From: Utricularia gibba | Lineage: Eukaryota > Plantae > Magnoliophyta | Assembly (NCBI GenBank): GCA_002189035.1 | Contig: NEEC01000019.1 | Span: 1,798,001-1,862,000 of the forward strand | Length of the DNA stretch: 64,000 nt | Direction of reading: 5' to 3' | In this document: positions 23,288-36,563 of the stretch, piece by piece | Layout: the number at the start of each line of letters is the position of its first letter | Position numbering within the stretch: the stretch's first letter is position 1 | Notes under the pieces: generated by a model | Database searches by the model: none | The model's input: only the letters and a program-made list of their open reading frames with translations | Told to the model about the DNA's origin: nothing | Made by a program: the position numbers and the translations under genes

Positions 23288-26200
23288 ATGACTGCCCCTG
23301 CCAAACGTTCATATAAGCTACGTATCCTTGTATTAATGCATTCATTATTTCTGACTCTATGACTATACAAATGAGAAATATCGTTTGGCGATCAATAGAG
23401 CCGCAGCTCTGGCATATATATGGGTCTAGTAAAATAGAATTACGTGGTTTTCTTGTTGATCTATATGGCATGTTTTTCCCTTTTGATTGGAAAGCGTGTT
23501 CTTTGTGATGATAAGCATGTAGAATTATTACGGAGTCTTGTTTTTCTTATTTACTGCATTCAGCAGACTGCATTGACTACATGGGTGGGTGTCAATGATA
23601 ACTAAAATTTGATTCCTTCCGTCTGTGGCATTTGGTAGACTTTTCTGTGATTTAAAATGACTTTGTAAAGGATTAATCGTCTCTTATCTGGGTAATGTCT
23701 TTTCACGTTTGGCACAACAATTCCAGAGGCGTGCATGAGGATGGCGTTCTGTTGAAGAATTAGCTAAACTAGTGCCTTAGCTCAATTAGTTTGCAATCTG
23801 TGTTACATTATTTGGGAATATTGCGCACCTTGACTACTCTCTACATAGAGGAATTTGTGGCCCATTCTTTAAGTGTTAACTGCTTGAAGATTGGGAGGAA
23901 ATCTTCAAGGGTTCTTGTTACAGGAGGAGAAGATCACAAGGTTAATCTCTGGGCCATTGGCAAGCCAAATGCCATATTGGTATGTTAATTCTCATTGTCC
24001 ATTCCCCTGATGAATAAGTCGTGAGCATTGGGATGAATTTTGACAGAAAGCTGATGATAATTTTCTTGTTGGTGTTTTTATAGAGCTTGTCTGGTCATTC
24101 AAGTGGGATTGATTCAGTGAGCTTTGATTCCTCGGAGGTCTTGGTGGCTGCAGGAGCTGCAAGTGGAACTATTAAGCTGTGGGATTTGGAGGAGGCTAAA
24201 AGTATCTTTTTTTTTCATTACATATTTATCAATACTTAAGAAGTTACTGGTCCCCTTATCATTTGTCATATATTTTTTCTCTGCAGTCATTCGCACCCTA
24301 ACTGGCCATCGTTCCAACTGCATATCTTTGGACTTCCACCCTTTTGGGGAGTTTTTTGCATCTGGTTCTCTGGACACAAACCTCAAAATATGGGACATTC
24401 GGAGGAAGGGATGTATACACACTTACAAAGGGCATACTCGGGGTGTTAACGCAATCAGATTTACTCCAGATGGGAGGTGGGTAGTGTCTGGTGGAGAGGA
24501 TAACACAGTAAAGGTTGTATTCCTTTTTTTATCTCACCATTTATTTCAGAATTGGTGTAGCTTTTAGCATCACAAGAAATGGAAAATGATTCATTTCTTT
24601 TCCTAACTACTATAATTGTTGAGATGCTCATATTTTACAACATTTCCTTGTAGAGCCTAAAGTTTCAAGGATAAGCTTCAATATATGTAGGCTATGTTGG
24701 TGGTATTTCATCGATGTGATGCAAGAATAACTATAGTTCCTAGACTTTGTTAATTTTACCTCAGTTCCAAACCTAACTCTGATATTCCATCCTTGTAATG
24801 CAAATTTAGATTTTTCAAGAGACTATATAAATGTAGCAATGTCTAATTTTATTTCTATTTCTGAAAATACAGCTATGGGATTTAACTGCAGGCAAGCTAT
24901 TGCATGATTTCAAATCTCATGAAGGCCAAATACAGTGTATTGATTTTCATCCCCATGAATTCTTGCTGGCAACAGGTTGGAATTTGATGGTGTACTTATG
25001 CTGAGGATAATTATCGTAGTGGTTCCCTCACGTCATAATGACTTTTGATTTATTGCTTCCTAGGCTCTTCTGACAAAACTGTGAAATTTTGGGATCTTGA
25101 AACTTTTGAACTAATTGGTTCAGCTGGACCTGAGGTTGTCATCGTACATGCTTTTACTTCCAATGTTCTGGTTGTCATTGATAAGTATGATGAGTAATTT
25201 TTCATTTGTATTAAATCCAGGCCACTGGAATTCGTTGTATGACCTTTAACCCTGATGGGAGAACCCTACTCTGTGGTCTACATGAGAACTTGAAAGTGTG
25301 ATGTCATCAATACACAACATTTTTCTTCTTTTTTTTATTTTTCCAGGTAGCAATGCTTGACCGAATGTTTTTGTTGTCAGGTTTTTTCATGGGAACCAAT
25401 CAGGAGCCATGATACAGTGGATGTGGGATGGTCAAGATTATCAGATATGAATGTCCATGAAGGGAAGCTTCTAGGATGCTCATATAATCAAAGTTGTGTT
25501 GGAGTTTGGGTTGTTGATATTTCGGTACGCATACTTGTACCTTTCTTCTGTGACAATAATGACAATTTTTAGTGCCATCCTTGCTCATGAACTTCTGGTA
25601 TTGTTTGGTAGCGTCTTGAGCCTTATGCAATGGGTAGTACTGTTCGACTTAATGGTGATTCTGAATCAAAGTCAAGTTCATCTGTGTTGACTGAAGACAA
25701 TGTGAAGACCAACTCTAGCAGATTGTCGGTTTCAAATAATTCTGATTCTGTAAAGGAAAATAGAACTTTCGCGAGATTTTCTGTCCAACAGAATCCAGAT
25801 TTGAGTAAGGATTCTAAATCTCTGGCATGTAAGTTATTGTTTTCATGTTCCATTTCTTGGGTTATTAGTTCCCTTGTTTCCTTTTGCTGCTTTAAGTCTG
25901 TTTAAATCTTTTTGTCTTGTTTGTTGAATAAAGCTAATGCGAGCACTCCAAGCACTCCGCAAAGATCTAATTTCAGTGTCATTGGAAAAACAACTGAGGC
26001 CAATTTGCAGATTTTAGCAAGCACTGGAAACACCAAGCGGCCAGCTGGGAAGGCACTGAGTTCTGGGGTGCACCCACATTAGAGAGATCTGAGGTGATTC
26101 CAGTCATTGTGCCACGAATTAATAATCCAAGGATCGAACCAGTAGTTGAAGAGAAGAAAGAGGATGTTCCTGTGAAGACTGCAATTCTACCTTTTCAGTC

Positions 26201-28409
26201 GAAATCCAATCTTAATCATGACTTGGAGAGGCCAAATGTCTCTAATGTGCCTAGTGATGAGCTCTCAATTGCCATGAACTTCAGTCTGTCTAATAGGAAT
26301 GCTAAAAGTGGACTTTCCGCTGCTGAGAGGAAGTCCAAGGATGATAAATTCATGTTCTCGAGAAAATCTGAAATAAATGGATCTGATCCCTTAGACAGAT
26401 ATCAGCCAGAAAGATGTATGTGGTTCATGAATATGGTTTATTAAACCTTGGTTTTCTTGGAAAGGGTACATGCTCTGAAATTATGGTTTCATGAATAGGT
26501 TGTAGGTGCATGTTTTTTTAGTAGTATTACCTGGCTTTCAAGTTTCATTTATAGCTCAGTACTGTAGATATGTGGGTAAAGATCGACACACGGGAGGCCT
26601 CTTTTTTGGCATTAATGTAGTGATGGATTTGGCTCCAATGCTTTTTTTCGTAAAAGCTATGTCTAGGTCTTGAAAGTTTGATTCAGTTTCTTGATTCTCT
26701 AAATTATTTTTACTATGTTCGACCTTCACTATTTGAGCATCAGATCTTAAAGATTTATGTTTTCAATTGTTTTCCTATATTTTTGCTGATGCAGGTGAAT
26801 TTTCCCGGAGTAATGAAACGGTGGGTATGCCTTTGGTAGAGAGTCAGAATGGAAGTATGCACAACAGAGTAGCGAGACGAGTTCCATCACACTGGGATCA
26901 GAAGAACAGTAGCAAATATAATGCAGGTTTTGCTTCAAATATTGCCCCCAAGGAATCATTATCTGTGAGTGCCACCTCCTAAATGATTTTGTAGAGCGTC
27001 GTCTGGTTTTTCGACTATTTTAGTGTAGTTTTGCAATGGTTTTGGAGCTGATACTCAAGTTGTTTCATGCACTCCACGTGTAAACCAGCCTGCCAAGCCT
27101 TACTCCCTATTCTGTTTACATGCATCTAGGAAAGGAGTCTCCCTTCTCCTGGCGAGGGCGAGTCAACCTCTGCTGGAGATGAGGACACTATTGCTGACCT
27201 GATGGAACGACATGATCAATTTGTTGGCTCACTGAAATCTCGATTAGGCAAACTGCAGGTATTTGAATCTGTTCACCTATCAGAGCATTTCCCTGGAAAT
27301 TCCCAAAATGCTCAAGTGGAGATTCATCATCATTCTCCGTATCATTTTTCAATGAACCCGTATTCTTCTCTGACACCAGAAGGCGGCTGGTCCTATTTTT
27401 CTGGAATTTCCATTTCAATATTGGGAACTAAATAAAGTGCTACATATATACAACTGAGTTTTCTAGTTGACAGCTTTAATGTGTTAAATCGTTCCTTTCT
27501 CTGGATCCCCTGTGTGGAAACTATAAAGAATTCTCTCATTACTATATATTACAATGAATATGACCCATGATCACCTGCAGGTTGCCGTTGCACACTGGCG
27601 GAGGCATGATATCAAGAGTGCGCTTACTGCAATTAGCAAAATGGCTGACTGCAATGTGAGCCTTTTTTTAAAAAAAAAAATCCCATAAGGTAGAAAAGGC
27701 TTGCTTATCTTTCAGCTTCACTCGTTCTCCAGGTGCTTGCAGATGTAATAACCGTTTTAGATGATAGGATTGATACTGTCACCCTTGATATTTGCGCATC
27801 TCTCATGCCATTATTGACAAAACTCATCGACAGTAATGCAGACAGGTAAATGGACCTGTTGAAGACGATCTCTAATTTGTCGTGCAATCTAGTGTTTCCT
27901 TATATTTTAATCATGTTCTTTAGGAGCTGTCCTTTGTTATTTCAAATTCTGCAACAACTACAACTTAACTGGAATTTGTTTTAGGCATCAAGATATTGCA
28001 CTTTCTTTGCTTCTGAAACTTGTGCGGGTGTTTGGCTCTATGATATACTCTTCATTGTCTGCGCCGCCATCTGTTGGTGTGGACATTGAGGCGGAGCAAA
28101 GGTGTGATTTTCTATCGTTAAAGCACACTTGTGTTTTTGGCACTCCTACAACTCTATCTGATTGGAAGCTTTATCATTTCTTTGCAACTAAAAGGCTGGA
28201 ACGCTACAGCCTGTGCTACGTGGAACTTGAAAAAGTGAAAAACTTCCTACCCATCATTTCAAGGTACGTTTTTTTTTTCATCAAAGGTAGGCGGCGGTTC
28301 ACCTTCATAGCATGAATTACTCTCTACCGTATTTGATTCTTACAGACGAGGTGGTTCAGTCGCTAAGTCTGCCAATGAACTGAATCTTGCCCTCCAGGAC
28401 ATTTCATGA
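23288..28409 (+). CDS. KTN80: Katanin p80 WD40 subunit B1 homologue, about 17 coding exons, one frameshift near 26065
   Basis: [11 protein letters not shown]|[46 protein letters not shown]40 repeats ([31 protein letters not shown]) and C-terminal con80 region ([19 protein letters not shown]...LLKLVRVFG). First exon 23288-23321; stop TGA 28407-28409. Confidence 0.92.
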
Positions 28410-29438
28410 AAAAAATGCCATTTTTCTACTCATTCGAGCTAGAACATGCGCCTGAGATCATCCCAGTAACCAAGGCAAAGAGTGTAAATTGTTGCCCTGC
28501 TGCGAGATCTGCTAACTACTTCTTGATCCTAATTTACTTCCCACTAACGCACAACATGATCACTGCTACAAGTGCGGCTGGCTTAGTTGTGGAGAAACCA
28601 TCATGTGCCTTTGTCAACTTTGCTTGTTGTCTACGTCAATGCTTGCCTGCCTCTTGTTTTGCAAACGCCATAGCTGTAACACTGTAGCACACTCGATTTC
28701 TGCACGTTAGCAATATGATGGCAAATTTGGCTTGCCTGTCCACTGTTGAGCCAGACCAATGTTTTCTGTTAGTGTGCTCTCTCTCTCTATCTTAAACCTG
28801 TGTGTATATTTTAAGTTTTATTGGAATTTATATAACTTATTCGTGTTTGCATTTGTTTTATTTTGTTACAAGCATCTTGTGCATAGGATTACAAATGTGT
28901 GATTGTGTTTTACTAAGAATGAAAGATGCATTAATCAACATGCAGAAAAGAGCACATTTCTATTCAAAATGCGAGCAAGTAATTCTAGTTGAGCTTTCTA
29001 ATGGTGTAATGATCTTCGTTTAAGAAACCATGACAGCCGCATTTGGGACTGACACTTAAATTTATTTGGTTCATCTTCAAAAAATAATTTTAAAGAAATG
29101 ATTCTAGAAGTAAGTTTTATTGAAGTAGGATATCTAAGCTTCTAAAAAAATTGAAACAAGTTTCATGCGAAACGAAATCAGCCCTGTAATCACTTCTATA
29201 AATACTTTTATTGAAATTGAAACTGCATCAAACACATTCAATACTTACATCTTCGGTTTCAACATGCCCAGAGTTCTCCATCACTCAACCTCGTTATACA
29301 ATAATGCTTGGTCTTCCCGTAAACGAGAAAAAATACAGGTACATTTTGTTCTTATAAAACACCTTGCCACAGGACAAAAACATCGAAATGGACTGGATGC
29401 TGGCAGCTGCAATGCCACTCGCACATCTTCCTGGAGTT

Positions 29439-29609
29439 TCACTGATGGGGTTTCCATGTGAACGAGTTTAGTGGTGAGCCTGATGTGAGATGGTCCATGC
29501 TCATTCTACTCCGGCGTTGAATCTCTCCCACACCCATGAAGTCGCGGGTGAGATTCAACCTCCCTTGCTCCATCTCCATCTCCAAATCCGATCCACGGCT
29601 TGGGAATAC

Positions 29610-29640
<31 letters not shown>

Positions 29641-31758
29641 ATCGCGTCTAGCGTCGGCTTGCTTTCGCCGCTGAATCCAGCTAACTGATCGTTGCTTCCA
29701 AACGGGCCGGGGACAAAAGTGGAGGATGAGCCGCCGCCGCCGGTGATGTTCACCAGGTCTTGAAGCTGGTTGTTCCCCTCGAAAACCCCGAAAGATGGCG
29801 GCAGCGGCTTGAAGGGGAGGAAGTAGCGTCGGTGCAGCCGTAAAGGGATGCTTTCTGGAGCAACGTCGTGGCGGAAGTGTTGGGGCCGCCGGCGCTTTGC
29901 ATGGCCGCGCCGCCACTGTAGAAGGAAGGGATGGACATACTCATTAGGTGTTGGAGTTTACCTGTACAAATTAAAACAATATTAATTCCAAAAACATCAA
30001 TAAACGTAAAATACTATAATAACATTTAATTTTTAATTCTTAACCTAAAAGAAAAAAGAAACCTAACTTAAAATACATATTTCGAAAAACCCTCTAAAAA
30101 ACTAAAATAAAAAATAAAACTTTAATAAAACCCTTGATGATGCAGAATCTGGAAATGGAGTTACCAGATGTGAAGATGGTGGAGTCCTGGACAGCGGCAT
30201 TGCTGGAATTATTACTTCCTGGGAAGAAGCTGAGGCTGTTGAAGAGACCAACTGAAGAAGAACAGCCGCCATTTTCCAGAGTCATCTGCTGCTGATGCAT
30301 GAGGTTATGGAGTGGGGTCCTGTTCAGAAACTGGCACTCTTCACTGCTCTGCAACTGTTGCTGCAAGTACAACGGCGGCATGCTGAACGCAGCAGCAGAC
30401 AAGCCGGTGAGGCTGTCGAACTGAGAGATCGCCGGCCGAGACCCCAGTTCATGATTCATGAAAGGGAGACTACTGACATTGTTCTGATCTTGTGCTGCGC
30501 CTGCAATCCTCGAAAAGCCTGTAAGAATATGACTCCCCAGCGGCGGCGCCTGATTCAGTATATTCCGATCGGTTTCCTGCGCCAACGCATCGCAGAACGC
30601 CCGGTGAGTGACGAAACTATCCCTTCTGCGAAACAATAAACAAAACACATTATTAGTAGGTCTAAAAGGTGGCAAAGAAACGATTATCTATTTATATATG
30701 GATGCTAGAATGATTATGGAGTTGAATTGATACAGTTCTGTCAGATGGAATATTTTCTCTGGGTCCTGAGAAAAGATGGAATCTTTGTACTGAGACTGTA
30801 ACTAAGGAACACAAAAGCAAACACAAATCTGCAGATGGATCAGAATCCTCTAGTTTTCCTGCTTAAAGATTCCACGTGAAGTGAAGGAGAAAAACAGAAG
30901 AAGAAGAAGAAGAAAGCCATCTTTGTTAGTGACACCTCACAAACGCACATCACGTGTAACCTTTGCTTCTGTCTCGGCAGGCAAAATTCCAAAACCCCCA
31001 CATGAACTTCTATGCCCGTGATGGGAATCTAAATCCCCAAAACCCAAGTGAACCAGAACTCAGTCCCCAACACTAATGGTATGCTGGCTGGGTTTACAAT
31101 AACCAGGTTATAAAAATTCTGTCTTGGAACGTTTAAACATGCTAGCAGTGGTAATATGGATGCGTCGGTGGTAAGTTGAATGAATGGGGTTTCAAAGAGA
31201 TGCATACCTGGAGAAGAGGGTGCCGCAATCGCATCTGTATTCTCGAGTACCGCAAGTTTTGGAGTGAGCCTTCCAATCCGAGATCACGGCGTACTTCTTG
31301 GCGCACTTCTCGCATTTGTATTTCTTCTCGCCGTGTTTTCTCGAGTAGTGCTTCTTGATTCCGGTGAGGTCTCCGAGAGCCCGTGTCGGATCGTGGTGGG
31401 CGCATGTCGGTTCGGGGCACAAGTACACCTTCTTTCTAACCACATCTTTTGGGGTCTTCTGCTTCAGCTTCCATGGAAGGTTGTGTCCTCTTCTATGGAG
31501 CTGCAGGTTTTGTTCTCTCTGAAACCCTTTGTTGCAGACCTCGCAAATGAATCTGTTTGACGCCATTAGGGTCTTGGGAGATAGAGCAATGACCTCCGCA
31601 TCCGGATCTAATGAACACGAATAGCAAGCAAGCAATCTCAGGTGAATTTCAAGCTCATTCATGTAGATTCAAAAGGAAAAACAAAAGAATAACTTGCTTG
31701 GGTTTCCGGGCTGGTTTCTTTTTCTCTTCAAAGTCGATGATGCTGAAGAAGCTGCCAT
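29439..31758 (-). CDS. IDD: INDETERMINATE DOMAIN C2H2 zinc-finger transcription factor (IDD4/5/6-like), 4 exons, one frameshift in exon 4
   Basis: Exons 31758-31698, 31607-31208, 30625-30165, 29961-29439. Motifs KRKRNQPGNP|NPDAEVIALSPKTLMASNRFICEVCNKGFQREQNLQLHRRGH, RRDSFVTHRAFCDALAQE, TSATTLLQKA and LTRDFMG. Confidence 0.92.
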
Positions 31759-32940
31759 GGATCCAATCTCAACCCCACAAAAAGTTACAGAAATCTCGCA
31801 AATCCACCTCAATACATACAAAACCTTGAGAAGAAAACTAGAACTAGAACTTCCAGAGGGGAATCAAAGGGTTGAGGATCGAAGCATAGGTATAGATAGT
31901 ATTATTCACTATCCCTGATGGGATGCTTGCTTTCTTTCTCCTTCTCGCTTTCAGTGAAATCAGCTATTTCGAAAAAGATGCTTCTTATGTTCTTGATGTC
32001 ATCCATCCACAGAGGGGAGCAGGCGCATATCTCCCACCCCATGATAAAAACAAAAATAAAAAACCCTCCTTTTTTCATAGCTGTTTCTTTACTCGTATGG
32101 TAATTGTTTCTTCTTTACAATGAAACATGGCAAGCAAAAAGTGTGTGCGCATTCATATTCCCAATATCCCCAACTCCTCCTGTCATTCCACTCTTCTCCC
32201 AAACCTTATAACTGAAATCAGCTCCTAAATTTTGTTCTCAGAAGATAAAACAAGATCTGGGTTTCGCATTGGGATTGATTCCATCTGGGACAAGAAGACA
32301 TGTCCGAATGAAACTAAGTCACTCGGTTCCACAGGATAATACGGAGAGTAGGGTTGGAGAGGATGGGGACGGCCAGCAGAAGCTGACCCAGGGCGTTGTC
32401 CGGTAGCGGCCGGCATGGGGCCCACCGGGGGGTGGGGGTGAGGGGGACACCCAACCACACATGTGAGCCACCAAAGGGGTTTTTGGGGGAATCCATGCCC
32501 ATGGGGAATTATTTTCCATATAAATATTCAGAAAAATAACAATAAACCGTCGGTTTCGATTACGACCTCTGTTCTGGAGTGCGGCCCCATGGAATTTAAT
32601 CAATCCATAGTATTTTAATACGCACCATAATATTCCATGGTTTGTCTCTTGAAAACCTGATATACTTTTCTTTTTTTAAAAAAATAATATTATATTACAT
32701 AGAGAAAATTGTAATAAAAACACTTTAAATTTCGATCATAATAAAGAGTTTCAACATCAAATTTTAAAATTGTAAAAAAAAAAAAACACTTTAATAACCA
32801 TGTAACGAATACTTAAACAATTTTCAAATTTTTTTAAAAATAAATTAGTTTACATATAGAGAGAAACCTATAATATAATTTTAAAATTTGAAAATTAAAT
32901 TTTTTATATTAAATGTAAATTTAAGTGTAGATATCGATGT

Positions 32941-32959
32941 AATATATATATATATATAT
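32941..32959. repeat. (AT)n microsatellite
   Basis: aatatatatatatatatat in the AT-rich spacer between IDD and NPF8. Confidence 0.7.
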
Positions 32960-33615
32960 TGAATTTTAAATACTCCATAAATCGAAACCCACATATCAAA
33001 TAACGTTTCATTTATCATTTTCTCAAATCATTACAATTATCTTCGTATCAAACGCATGTGTATTAATGGAAGTGGAAGTGTTGATAATCACAAGGAATTG
33101 TCACATGATTAACGTGTGAAACACATTTGTATATACGTGTTAGCGTTTGTTTGCTTTTTTTTTTTTTATAAAATTGGGGAAAAAAATACAAACACGTATT
33201 CTTTACAAAAAAAAAAAAAAAAAAACCCAAGATGCATAATGTTCATGATTGTTTCGGTATGCTGAGTAGAAAAATGGTGAGCGATTCTCCTCTAAATGTA
33301 ACGTCACAGCGTTATGGGCAACGCAGTGCTTTAGTTGGGAGGTGACAACAGAGTATTTTAGTTGCAAGAGACAAGGGGAATACATTTCATTGCATCATCA
33401 GAAATGGACAAATACTTTGACAGTTATGCAGACATAACGCATGACCTGTGAAAGCACTGGAATATCAGCTGAATCTAATGTTGAATATCAGATCATGTAA
33501 TGTTGGGCTCCCAGACTCTACTTTTTACATGGGATTGTGTACCTTGAAATGAGCACTGGAAAAGGGCCTGGATTGAAATGCATACATCAATTTGCATTGC
33601 CATGCTGGGAAGCCT

Positions 33616-36010
33616 TCAGGAGGCCTTCTTGGATTTGTAAAGTTTGGCGCAGAAGATGTAGACCAACAAGTTCAGCATGCTTAGTGCGGCAAGAAGCCAG
33701 AAGAAGTAGTCCAGGTGGCCCTGGTTCAGATTATCAGGTATCCATCCAGTTGCTCCTCCACTGGTTGTCAATGATGTAACTACTGTCAGTATGAAGGAGC
33801 TCAAGTAATTACCCAGTGAAGTTGTCAGCAGTGAAAATGCACTGCATAAGCTGCGCATTGCATCTGGGGACTGATCGTAGAAGAACTCCAGTTGTCCAAT
33901 GAATGTGAACACCTCGGCAGCTCCCAGCAAGGTGTACTGTGGGATTTGCCAGAATATGCTCATTGGGACGGCAACTGGGTTGTCGACAAGATGGAGGTCT
34001 TTTGCGAGGGAGAGGCGGCAGACTTCGATGATGGCTGCGGCGGACATGCACAGCACCGAGAGGAAAAGGCCAATTCCCATTCTCTGCAGCTCTGAGAATC
34101 CTCTCTCTTTGCCTGTCATCTTTCTGGCTATGGGGACGAGGAGCTTGTCGTAAACCGGGACCCAAAAGATGACACTAATGACATCGAAAGTTGACAGAGA
34201 GGCTGCCGGAATTTTAAATGAGCCAATGGAAGTGTCCATCACCATGCCTTGCTCCACGAACATTGTTGACATTTGAGCATAAACAGCGGAGAAAACAATC
34301 CCTGTAGCCCATATGGGAAACATGCGTATCAAGATCTTCAGTTCCTCAACTTGAGTTACTGTGCACAGTCTCCACGGGTTCGAAAAATCTCCCGTTTTCA
34401 TCTCTGTGTCAGCAACTACAGCAGCCTTATCAAGAAACCTTCAAAAAAAATGATGAACCCAACACGTCATCAGCATCCGTTTAGAAAGAGAACACAAAAA
34501 TTAAAAATAGAAAATATTTACCTGAACTCATCAGTATGCACCAGCTTTCGACTTCCCTCAATCGCTGAGTTTTTATCTGGTGTTTCATACAGAAGGGCAC
34601 TATCTTCAGGGGCCACCAAATTCATCTTGTGGCATGATGCAACAACAACTTGACAAATTCTGATAATCGGGCTTCCTCCTGGTCTCTGAAACCTATAAAT
34701 CGGGGTGCCAGAGAAGAAGCTTACTATAGCGATTCCCATGAACAAAGCAGGGATGCCAAAGCCAAGGCCCCAGCCTGCGTTATCTTGAATCCAAACTATC
34801 AAGCTACTGGATATCAAGGCACCAATATTGATGGAAAAATAAAACCAGTTGAAGAAAGAACCCTTCTTGATTCTTTCCACAGGGTCAGTATCATCAAACT
34901 GATCAGCCCCAAAAGACGAAACACACGGCTTAATCCCTCCTGTTCCAAGCGCTATAAGATATAGGCCAAAAAAGAACACGGCATACTGAGCTGGAGTAGC
35001 AGAAGGGCATACAGCATCCAATCCAGTGTCAACACATTCAGGCGGCATAAACAAAGGTATAGTTGCCGACAGAGCCAACGTGCACATTCCCTAAGAAAGT
35101 TTCATGATAGATAAATCAAATGATCAAAAAGTAGAAGTATAGGATTTAAATCATGTTTGTAAACAAAATGATATGCCATAGTATGCTCATAAAAACTACT
35201 AAATCATGCTCATCCAAAACAGATAACTTCAACAAGATCTTCCACATAAAAATTAATTCTGTTTTGCCCTTAAAAACCACGTTTTATGGTGTCACAAGAA
35301 AAAAAAAAGCAGAAAATTAAGGGAAGTTAATCGATTACAATGAAGTAAAGACTGGAAAAGGCAGCAATCGTCCAGTATCTCCCAAAATAAGAATCTGCGA
35401 GGATTGCCCCAATAAGTGGAGTAAGGTAGCAGGTTCCAGACCAAGTTGTCACATTTCTTGCAGCCGGCACATTTCCTTCGTGTAACTTTTTGGTAAGATA
35501 ACTCACAAGATTGGTTGAAATCCCATAGTAAGCTAAACGCTCACAGCATTCGGTACCTGCAGCACTTTAAAGTTAGGGAAATGAGAAACTCGAGTAGGAA
35601 AAATCACCAATAACTTTTCAATACCCAGAATGAATGGGCAAGCTCTCCAATTCCCGGTATTGCTTTTCAACACAGGGTTACCCTTGATATCGACAGAACC
35701 ATCACCTGTATAAATAGAGTCACTTGTACCCTGTCAACAAAACATAGGTCATGTTAGGAGAAGGGAGCTGCGATTTCGGACAAGAAACGGGTATGCACAA
35801 CGAGTTTTCAATAATCAAACAAAGTGAAGTTTCCCACCTAAAAAGATACACCAAGGCTAAATCTTGATACACTCTAACGCAAAACAAGCTAATCAGACAG
35901 CTTTTTATGCTAACAAAAAACAGCACCACGGTAAAAAACTGATGAATAAGGAGACGCACGTCACCAAGACCCTCCTCTAGAAGCAACCTCTCCTCCTCTT
36001 GGGAACCCAT
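33616..36010 (-). CDS. NPF8: NRT1/PTR family NPF8 (PTR2-like) peptide transporter, 5 exons
   Basis: Exons 36010-35960, 35730-35625, 35556-35339, 35090-34522, 34438-33616. Motifs [22 protein letters not shown] (ExxER intact), [48 protein letters not shown]. Confidence 0.94.
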
Positions 36011-36520
36011 TAGGCTCAAGCCTTGTCTGTTCTTTGCGTCTGGGGGCCCTTCCTAATCCCTTCAACCGCTTCCTGCCTGCAGACTCCCTCTGCAAATGAG
36101 GGATGATGCGTGCTGATAACTGAGAAGTGATTCCTCAATTTTTATAGATTATCTCCAGAACCATATTGGCTTCTCGGGAAATGAATCCGATAACCTAATT
36201 CGCATCGAGATGCGTGTGCGTGCACTGCTTTTGATTCTCAGCTGAAATTATCCATCTGCTCAAATTTTCCACAAAAAAACCATAATGTATCTCTGGTCCG
36301 ATACACTGTTCATCCGTGCTCTTAATTCTGGACAATCCCCTTCTCTCCAACCCTCAACCCTTTTTCCCAGGGGATCGATCCATCACGAATTGAACCTAGT
36401 TCATGGCAATTTTTCTATATCTTCTGTTTTATTTTTTCCAAGAAAACTGACGTCACTCCCTAATTAATGACATCATTACTTGAATATAAATCACAAGATT
36501 CCTCCTAACGTCTACCATGC

Positions 36521-36563
36521 CACGTGTACAAACACAAGGCCCGGCCCATCTTAAGCAAGCCCA
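36521..36563. promoter_or_regulatory. G-box and Site II elements in the NPF8/XRI1-like divergent intergenic region
   Basis: cacgtg 36521-36526, ggccca 36543-36548, agccca 36558-36563. Confidence 0.4.

Noticed and set aside
28785-28800. GTGCTCTCTCTCT resembling a miR156 target site
   Set aside because: It is a CT microsatellite downstream of katanin, and the TTCTGTCA half of the site is missing.
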